From the NCBI GenBank assembly GCA_024763475.1, contig JANTFM010000001.1, forward strand, positions 7,879 through 71,878: a DNA stretch of 64,000 nt, read 5' to 3'. Every line of letters starts with the position of its first letter. Position 1 is the first letter of the stretch. The notes beneath the pieces were generated by a model. The model was not told where the DNA came from. It saw only the letters and a list, made by a program, of their open reading frames with translations, and ran no database searches. This document shows, piece after piece, positions 57,128-64,000 of the stretch. Made by a program: the position numbers and the translations under genes. This stretch comes from Acidobacteriota bacterium (GTDB lineage: Bacteria; Acidobacteriota; Polarisedimenticolia; J045).

Positions 57128-58222
57128 TCAGCGACTTTCCGAAACGCCAAACAGTCGCTTGAGAAAGCGGGCGCTGCTGCGCACCGCGTCACCGCCCGTG
57201 GCCTCAACGATGGCCCCGAAGCGGCGCGCGATGTCGGGAGCGACCTTCTTGCTGACCATGCGAGCGAGGCGTCGTGAGGCTTCCCGCCAGGTGGCGGCGT
57301 CCCAGGGCTTGATGCCGACCCGCCGCGTGCGCAGTGCGCGGCAGCGATGAACTGCGGCGTCTCCCAGGCGAACGGTGATCAGGCCGTTGGCGACCCCCTG
57401 GCCAACGGGCCCGGCGAGCTTCGAAGTCCAGTTCCCCATGACATCCGCCGCCATTTCGCTTGCGGAGTCGGTGACGCGCTCGATCACCCCTGCGGCCGCT
57501 GCCACTGCCATCACGTCCCGCACGATGCGCGTCGTGCCGAGCAGGCCAGGCCGGCTGTAATAGAGGGTCGCGATGCGGACCATCAGCTCGATGTTCCTCA
57601 GCAGGGTGATCAGCACATCGAAGAGCGCCGAGGGCGTCATCGCCGTGAGCACGGCGACTTCGGTCGCCGCCCTCCAGACCACGTTGCGCGCGAGGCGGTC
57701 GAGCGGCTCGAGGGCTTCATCGATAGCTTTCTTGGTCTGTGCAACGACCTCGACGGGGTTCTTCAGCCGTGTCGCATCATCGATGGCAGCGAGGAGGGCG
57801 GGGAGGCGCTCTCGGGCTTCCTCGGGCAGCGACGGATTCCTTTCCTGCCGGGCAACATAGCGCCGGCAGAAGGCGAGATACGAGTTGAGCTGCCGCTGGT
57901 TCCACTCCTCGAGATCGGTCGGCAGGTCAGGAGGGAGGATGACTCGCGGGATCTTCGCCCAGCGCCAGGCTGCCCACGAGAGGAATCCCGCGACAGTCAT
58001 CAATAGCAATCCGGATACGGTCCACGCCAGGATGGGGTGGATCCCCGCCAGCAGGCTGTGAAGGTGGATTGCTTCGAGAAGAATCACTCCCCCGGCAACG
58101 AGGAGTCCCGCGATGAAGACTCGGCGCAGGAGGGTCCAGGCGCGGCCCAGGGTAGCGCTCAGGTGAGGAAAGCTGGAACTGCCTTCGCCCTGTTCGATTT
58201 CCGGATCCGTAGATCTACTCAC
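57128..58222 (-). CDS. YcjF/DUF697-family membrane protein
   Basis: LEPLDRLAR...AMTPSALFD...IATLYYSRPG...GQGVANGLITVRLG...CR; GTG 58222. Confidence 0.8.
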   Translation of the reverse strand: MSRSTDPEIEQGEGSSSFPHLSATLGRAWTLLRRVFIAGLLVAGGVILLEAIHLHSLLAGIHPILAWTVSGLLLMTVAGFLSWAAWRWAKIPRVILPPDLPTDLEEWNQRQLNSYLAFCRRYVARQERNPSLPEEARERLPALLAAIDDATRLKNPVEVVAQTKKAIDEALEPLDRLARNVVWRAATEVAVLTAMTPSALFDVLITLLRNIELMVRIATLYYSRPGLLGTTRIVRDVMAVAAAAGVIERVTDSASEMAADVMGNWTSKLAGPVGQGVANGLITVRLGDAAVHRCRALRTRRVGIKPWDAATWREASRRLARMVSKKVAPDIARRFGAIVEATGGDAVRSSARFLKRLFGVSESR

Positions 58223-59501
58223 GAGCACTCCTCCCGCGGCGGCGAAGATGGTGAACGAGCCAGGCGATGGACAGGCCGCAGGTCGCACCCGTCGAGTCGA
58301 TAAACGCATCAAAGAGGCGTGGTTCCCGGTTCACGACAGTGATCTGAAGCAGCTCGGTCGCGGCGGCGAAGAGCAGCAGGCCGCTGAGCAGCAAGACAAT
58401 ACTGCCGAAGGAGAGAGCCTCCGCGCGCGCGAGGGAGAGAAGGCCAAAGAGGCCGAGCACCGCAAAGAGGAGTCCGTGTCCGCTCTTCTTGAGTTGGTGG
58501 GAGATTGCATTGCGCGTCACCAACTGATCGGTCGTGAGCTTCTTTTTCTCCGGTTTTCTGGCTCTTTTTACGGTCTTCTGTGCGGCTCCCCGCTCCTCCG
58601 TCTTCGCCTCAGCCGTGACGGATTTTTTCTCCGCGACCTGAGGGGGTGTGGTCGTCAGCTTGGGTGGGGCGGCGAGTTCCTGCACGCTCGCCACGAGTTC
58701 CACCGGACCTTCGAGGGCGGCGCCCACCGTCGTCGCGGGCAATGCAACCCCTGCGACGATGATCAAGGTCGTCAGCACCAGAACCGTTCCCCAGGGTCGT
58801 TGCCAGAGGCGCAAGCGAAAGATGCAGTAGAGCAGCATGACGCCCCAAGCGGTGGCGAACAGCGTCTTCCAGGTGCCGACGGTCGACTTGGCGCGGACGG
58901 GTGTCAGGTGCAGGTCGTCCGCCCAGGCGGTGCCCGAACGAGCGGGGTTCTGCACGACGATCTGACCATGCTTGGCGTAGGATGGCACGACGAACGATGC
59001 TTCGTAGCGCTGCCACCCCTGGGTTCCGGTCAAGGAGCAGAGCGTATGCGGAAGGTCCCAGTGGGCCTTGCCCAGGTGGTCGGTGAAGAAGAGTAGGATG
59101 CGTGCGCTTCGCCAGGGATGACGGCCCATGACCACCCGCTCGACGCGCATGCGTCCACTGAGCCGCAGGGCCTCGTATTGCCGGGGATTCTCGATCACGA
59201 AGTCGACGCGGCCGCCCTTCTCGTCCCTGGTCTCGAGCCGCAGGCCTGCGCTGCCGCCGAAGCCCTCGCCTTCGGTCCAGTACAGGCGCGGGCTCAGTGT
59301 CTTCCAGCCGCTTCCCGGCTTGAGCGGGTTGGTCGTGAAGTCGCCACCAATCTCGATCTCAGGGCCCGCCACGAGATAGGGATCATAAGTCGAGTAAAAC
59401 AGGCCCATCAGTCCCAGGAAGAGCAGGGCAGGAATCAGGCAGGAGAGCAGCAGGGCTCCCGGAGAATCTCTCTGCTTTGGACTGCTCTGGCCCAAGGTCA
59501 C
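58215..59501 (-). CDS. Carbohydrate-binding-like periplasmic domain plus C-terminal VanZ domain (start uncertain)
   Basis: N-terminal TM, beta-sandwich ending GTAWADDL, then KSGHGLLFAVLG...TELLQ...R...DAFIDSTG. Confidence 0.72.
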   Translation of the reverse strand: MTLGQSSPKQRDSPGALLLSCLIPALLFLGLMGLFYSTYDPYLVAGPEIEIGGDFTTNPLKPGSGWKTLSPRLYWTEGEGFGGSAGLRLETRDEKGGRVDFVIENPRQYEALRLSGRMRVERVVMGRHPWRSARILLFFTDHLGKAHWDLPHTLCSLTGTQGWQRYEASFVVPSYAKHGQIVVQNPARSGTAWADDLHLTPVRAKSTVGTWKTLFATAWGVMLLYCIFRLRLWQRPWGTVLVLTTLIIVAGVALPATTVGAALEGPVELVASVQELAAPPKLTTTPPQVAEKKSVTAEAKTEERGAAQKTVKRARKPEKKKLTTDQLVTRNAISHQLKKSGHGLLFAVLGLFGLLSLARAEALSFGSIVLLLSGLLLFAAATELLQITVVNREPRLFDAFIDSTGATCGLSIAWLVHHLRRRGRSARE

Positions 59502-59546
59502 GCCATCCCTTTCGCGGAGAAACTCTACCCGCAAAGTGGGAGGGAA

Positions 59547-61091
59547 TCACGGGCAGCCGCTGAACTCCTGGGACCTGCAGGGACTACTGGAAGGTGGGCG
59601 CTCACCCCCATCGCTGGCTTGCCCGTAGGAGCCTTCTCTGCTGCCTCCCTGGGGGACGACGAGGAAGTAGAGGCTTCCACTCCCGGGAGTGATCCTGTCG
59701 TGGGTCAGGCCAAAGGTCGTGCAGGTCTTGGGCTGGTGGGAGTAGATTCCGGAGAGACTCCCCTGGTAGATGCTGTAGTCCGAGTCTCCCGCAAGACAGG
59801 ACGCATCCCAGACGAGATCCAGGTCGCTTCCTGTGGCCTTGCTCACGCTGAGTCCCTGTTCGCCAACCCCTTCACCATTCGGCACCTTGCCAGCGCCACC
59901 GAGGGCTATACGTTCCGTGTAGACGGAGTTTGCCCCCTTCCAGTACATGAACGGGATCGAGTTGGCACCTGCGGGTACTTTCCAGACGGGGTTGGGTTGC
60001 CGATTGTTGTTGTGGTCGAAGGTCAGCTGAACAGCGGGTCCCCAAGTGCTGTTCGCACCACTCCATTTGCGATACCAGATATCCGACTGAGTCGCCGAGT
60101 TGTTGCGGTCCAAAGCGGCAAAAACCCAGAGGTCGGTGCCCCGGTGGGTTGTCGCTGCACGGAAACCATAGCTGTTCTGCTCCGGGTGGTCGAAGACCGG
60201 GATGTAGGTCCAGGCCCCGGCCTCGCCCATCCGTTTGTGGGCATGCTGGACGCGCTCTCCCGTGCAGGACCAGATGACATGCAGCGTGTTGTCTTCGGTG
60301 ACGGAGAATGCGAATTCCCGGGTCAGAGCACTGGAATCACAGTTGTTCCCGTCGTCCGAATCCCAGACGAGGCTGTCCTCCGGTTGTGTGAAGGAGGAGC
60401 CGTTCCACCGGTAATACTCGATACGGGCGCCATCACACCAGGCGACGACGACAGGCCGACCGCTGGCATCGAGGGTCGAGCCAATCCGGATATTGGTATC
60501 TGACAAGTTCGCGACGAATCCGCTACCTTTTGGCGAACCGTCATGCCCGTAGCGGAAATAGCGGAGGTTTCCTCCCGCGTAATTCGAGGTCCGGGTGAAC
60601 ACGAAGATCTCGTCATCCGTTGCGACCACGTTGGAACGCTTGCTGCGGCCGCCATCCGTCGCGATCTCGACCTCGGGGCCGATCCGTGCCGTCGACGCCG
60701 CCGGGCTGCTGATCTTCTGCCAGTAGATCCGTGTTCCGTCGGGATAGCTGATCCACAGGTCTCGTCCGTTTCCTGTCAGCGACGCGTGATAGTCGACCCA
60801 GCCGTGGACCTGCCCACCGTGCTCGGTATCGTAAGTATTGGCTGCTGTATCGCTGAATGCGGTCCAGGTGGCACCACCATCCAAAGACTTGAAGATTTGG
60901 TCATGATTGTCTGCAATGACGAGCCAAAGCTCGTTGGGATCGGACGCGTTGGCGAACATTTTCCAGCGCGGAATATTCAGCGTGGGGTTCGAGGACGTGG
61001 TGTTCAGGATGTGCGTTTCCGCCCCTGCGCCGGAAAAGAGCGAAAGTACAAGAATAACCAAGAACAACTTCGTCAAGGATTCGGGGATCAC
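59547..61091 (-). CDS. Secreted BNR/sialidase-like beta-propeller protein with a Cys-containing C-terminal domain
   Basis: Signal peptide ending AGA; Asp-box SLDGGATW; LHVIW and DIWY repeats; C-terminal LVWDASC...YFLVVP...EGSYG...C. Confidence 0.75.
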   Translation of the reverse strand: MIPESLTKLFLVILVLSLFSGAGAETHILNTTSSNPTLNIPRWKMFANASDPNELWLVIADNHDQIFKSLDGGATWTAFSDTAANTYDTEHGGQVHGWVDYHASLTGNGRDLWISYPDGTRIYWQKISSPAASTARIGPEVEIATDGGRSKRSNVVATDDEIFVFTRTSNYAGGNLRYFRYGHDGSPKGSGFVANLSDTNIRIGSTLDASGRPVVVAWCDGARIEYYRWNGSSFTQPEDSLVWDSDDGNNCDSSALTREFAFSVTEDNTLHVIWSCTGERVQHAHKRMGEAGAWTYIPVFDHPEQNSYGFRAATTHRGTDLWVFAALDRNNSATQSDIWYRKWSGANSTWGPAVQLTFDHNNNRQPNPVWKVPAGANSIPFMYWKGANSVYTERIALGGAGKVPNGEGVGEQGLSVSKATGSDLDLVWDASCLAGDSDYSIYQGSLSGIYSHQPKTCTTFGLTHDRITPGSGSLYFLVVPQGGSREGSYGQASDGGERPPSSSPCRSQEFSGCP

Positions 61092-61270
61092 TGCGGCCTA
61101 CTCCTGTTGCGAACCTTCCAAGGTGAACGTGGGCCCAGCCTTCCGCGCCCGCAAGCGAGTGTACGGCAAAGACCTGAAAAAGCAGCCCCTTTCTTGGCGG
61201 GTCGCCGCAGGTCGGCGGCCTCCAGCGGCTGAACGCGCCGGGCCCAGGCTAAACGCGATCGAAACTCGGA

Positions 61271-62242
61271 TCAGCCGCGAAGGACGATAAACACGACATA
61301 GGCCAGGTAGGCGGCGAGCCCCAGGGCCCCCTCAAATCGCCCGATCCGCCGCCGATGCCCGACGAAGGTCACTACGAAGAGCGCGACCGTCACGCCGCAG
61401 AGGAGCAGGAGATCCGTATTGAGCATCGGATGGAAGCCGATGGGTGAGATCACCGAGGCAAGCCCCAGGATCCAGAAGATGTTGACGATGTTCGACCCGA
61501 CGACGTTGCCAATGGCGATGTCCGAATTTCCCTTGCGGGCGGCCATGATGGCGGCAGCCAGTTCGGGAAGCGAGGAGCCGACCGCGAGGATGGTCAGGCC
61601 GATCATCGCTTCGCTCAAGCCCGCCTGGCGTGCGAGGAGCACCGCGCCATCTACGATCCAGTCGCCGCCGAAGGTGAGTGAGACCACTCCACCGAAGATC
61701 ATGAGCAGGGACAGTGTCCACGAGAGGCTCCGGTCCGGGGGGGTGTCCAGCGAGACATCATTGTTGCCCTGGCGGGCAATAGAGAAGACGTAATACGAAA
61801 ACAGAACGAAAAAACCAAGGAGGACCAGGCCATCGCCCCGCCCCAGCCCGGCGTGATCGCTGCCCGTGCCCCCGAAGAAGCGGTCGTTGACCAGGACGCC
61901 CAGGATGAGCGTCGCGACCAGCATGAACGGGATCTCCTTGTAGAGCGTGTTCCGTTTGATCAGCAAGGGCCGGATCACCGCTGCTGTTCCGATGATGAGG
62001 AGTGTGTTGGAGATGTTGGAGCCGATGATGTTACCCATCGCAAGATCGTTCGAGCCGGAGAAGCTCGCGAGGATCGAGATCACGAGTTCTGGGGCTGAGG
62101 TTCCCAGGGACACGATCGTCAGGCCGACGACGATGTCCGAAATCTTCATCTTGCGGGCGATGGCGGCGGAACCTTCGACGAGGTAGTGCGCGCCTCCGAT
62201 GAGAAGCGGAAAACCCAGGGCAAATAGCAAATAAGTAAGCAT
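61271..62242 (-). CDS. Calcium/sodium antiporter (YrbG family)
   Basis: GTSAPEL...GNIIGSNI and GSSLPEL...GNVVGSNI alpha repeats; ATG 62242. Confidence 0.93.
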   Translation of the reverse strand: MLTYLLFALGFPLLIGGAHYLVEGSAAIARKMKISDIVVGLTIVSLGTSAPELVISILASFSGSNDLAMGNIIGSNISNTLLIIGTAAVIRPLLIKRNTLYKEIPFMLVATLILGVLVNDRFFGGTGSDHAGLGRGDGLVLLGFFVLFSYYVFSIARQGNNDVSLDTPPDRSLSWTLSLLMIFGGVVSLTFGGDWIVDGAVLLARQAGLSEAMIGLTILAVGSSLPELAAAIMAARKGNSDIAIGNVVGSNIVNIFWILGLASVISPIGFHPMLNTDLLLLCGVTVALFVVTFVGHRRRIGRFEGALGLAAYLAYVVFIVLRG

Positions 62243-62609
62243 AGTCTCGTTTCGTACGCCTTCCGCGGGATGCCGTGGTAGAGGATAGCTGGGATCGACG
62301 GAGGAGGATACGCCACTTCTGTCCGCATGGTCCCGGAAACAGAGGGTTGCCGTTCGCCGAGCGCGTCCCATCTCGAACGAAACAAACAGTGTTTGTGGTT
62401 TCTTCAGCTTGACGCCCATGGGGGGCGTTGATACCATCCGCCATTCCCGTGCCGAAGATGGCGCGCAGGGTGCTTGTGTGCGGGTCAAGCGCAACGCGCC
62501 TGCGTTCTGTTCAACGGACGAGGCGAAACTCGTAGGCAAGACCGGTTCAAACCCTACTCCCAGGAGGCTCGGGAGGCCTCGGGATCGAGGGCAGGAGATC
62601 GTAGCTAAG

Positions 62610-63179
62610 ATGAGTGACGCCCACTTGGTGGCCAGCCGTTACGCTCAGGCCCTGTCCGATGCCGTGACCGAGATCGGAGAATTCGACCGGGTGAAACGGG
62701 AGCTTCGCGTGCTCTCAGATCTCGTGACGGCGGACGATGAGTTGCGCCACGCGTTGGCCAACCCGGTGATCGGGGTCGTTTCTAAGGGTCGCGTGCTTGC
62801 CGAGATCGTCAAGCGCTCGGAGTTTTCTCCCCGCACGGCGCGCTTCGTCGCCGTACTTGCCGAGCGCGAGCGCCTCGCCCTGCTTGGTGAGATCGCGAGC
62901 GCGGTCGAGGAAGTGTATGACCACCGCACCGATGTTCACGAGGTCGAGATCACCTCGGCCGCACCGCTCGCGGACGATCTTCGCGAGCGACTGACCAGCG
63001 CCTTGGGCAAGGTTGCCGGTGGGCGGATTCGTATCAGCGAGAGTGTGGATCCCGAATTGCTGGGCGGTGTGGTCGCCCGCGTCGGAAGTACGGTCTTTGA
63101 CGGCAGTCTCAAGACGAGACTTCAAGCTTTGCATTCGAAGATGACTGGCCGAGGCGCACGCGGCAACGCTGCAGGATGA
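62610..63179 (+). CDS. atpH: ATP synthase F1 delta subunit
   Basis: [24 protein letters not shown]...[10 protein letters not shown]. Confidence 0.95.
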   Translation: MSDAHLVASRYAQALSDAVTEIGEFDRVKRELRVLSDLVTADDELRHALANPVIGVVSKGRVLAEIVKRSEFSPRTARFVAVLAERERLALLGEIASAVEEVYDHRTDVHEVEITSAAPLADDLRERLTSALGKVAGGRIRISESVDPELLGGVVARVGSTVFDGSLKTRLQALHSKMTGRGARGNAAG

Positions 63180-63219
63180 GGAGACGGGCCGCAGGACGGC
63201 CCGCTCAGGAGCAAATCGC

Positions 63220-64000
63220 ATGGAATTCAAGGTCGGCGAGATCAGCGAGATCCTCAAGAGGCAGATCGAAGGCTACGAGGAGACGATCGACGTAGCCGAG
63301 GTCGGCACGGTCACCAGCGTTGGTGATGGTGTAGCCCGGGTCTACGGGCTGGAGAACGCGGCATACATGGAAATGCTCGCGTTGCCCCATGATGTCTACG
63401 GCATCGCGCTCAACCTGGAGGAGGACAGCGTTGGCGTCGTCCTCTTTGGTGAAGTGCATAAAGTCAAGGAAGGCGACCAGGTCCGCCGCACGGGCAGGAT
63501 CATGTCTGTGCCGGTTGGGGAGGCGATGCTTGGCCGTGTCGTGGATGCCTTGGGTCGTCCGATTGATGGGCGCGGTCCGATCGAGACCAGCCAGGTCGCC
63601 CCGGTCGAGCGGATCGCACCTGGCGTGGTGTACCGCCAGCCGGTGAACGAGCCGCTGCAGACGGGCATCAAGGCCATCGACGCCATGATCCCGATCGGTC
63701 GCGGTCAGCGCGAGTTGATCATCGGCGACCGCCAGACCGGAAAGACCGCGGTGGCGATTGATACGATCATCAACCAGAAGAGTACGGATGTCATCTGCAT
63801 CTACGTCGCGATCGGCCAGAAGCAGTCGACCGTTGCCAACGTGGTGAAGACCCTGGAGGAAGCCGGCGCGATGGAGTACACCGTCGTCGTCGTGGCGGGC
63901 GCTTCCGACCCTGCGGCGATGCAATACATCTCGCCTTACTCCGGTGTCGCGATCGGTGAGTTCTTCCGCGATCGCGGCGGCCATGTCCTGACGATCTACG
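63220..64000 (+). CDS. atpA: ATP synthase F1 alpha subunit, 5' part (absent from the ORF track because it is truncated)
   Basis: [16 protein letters not shown]...[11 protein letters not shown]...[29 protein letters not shown]. Confidence 0.97.
   Translation, partial: MEFKVGEISEILKRQIEGYEETIDVAEVGTVTSVGDGVARVYGLENAAYMEMLALPHDVYGIALNLEEDSVGVVLFGEVHKVKEGDQVRRTGRIMSVPVGEAMLGRVVDALGRPIDGRGPIETSQVAPVERIAPGVVYRQPVNEPLQTGIKAIDAMIPIGRGQRELIIGDRQTGKTAVAIDTIINQKSTDVICIYVAIGQKQSTVANVVKTLEEAGAMEYTVVVVAGASDPAAMQYISPYSGVAIGEFFRDRGGHVLTIY

Overview
GC-rich bacterial chromosomal window, probably Acidobacteriota (inferred from gene families, not verified), with no RNA genes, CRISPR array or intact mobile element. 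In order it holds: the end of an O-antigen ligase/Wzy gene; a DUF1858 and DUF438-hemerythrin-PAS pair; secreted multidomain proteins, including a ~2360-aa repeat-rich surface protein; an XRE-HTH/TPR regulator coupled to a secreted protein; a Wzx flippase with an amino-acid racemase; a TetR-headed PlsR/PlsA-like operon (possible ether-lipid synthesis); a YtrA-type GntR-ABC operon; an alternative complex III operon (actABCDEFG); carbonic anhydrase; lgt; a Wza/Wzc exopolysaccharide locus; a Ca/Na antiporter; and the start of the F1 ATP synthase genes (atpH, atpA). The most striking signal is directly behind actG: two intact, translationally coupled heme-copper oxidase homologues that have lost their cofactor ligands. 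Subunit I has all six conserved histidines replaced (by R, A, R, E, R, E). Subunit II has no CuA site but keeps its c-type heme motif. SCO and subunits III/IV are absent from the operon. This looks like a cofactor-less 'pseudo-oxidase' partner of ACIII. Several local tandem duplications (18, 40, 50, ~103 and 126 bp) also occur. All calls come from reading motifs by eye; no database searches were run.
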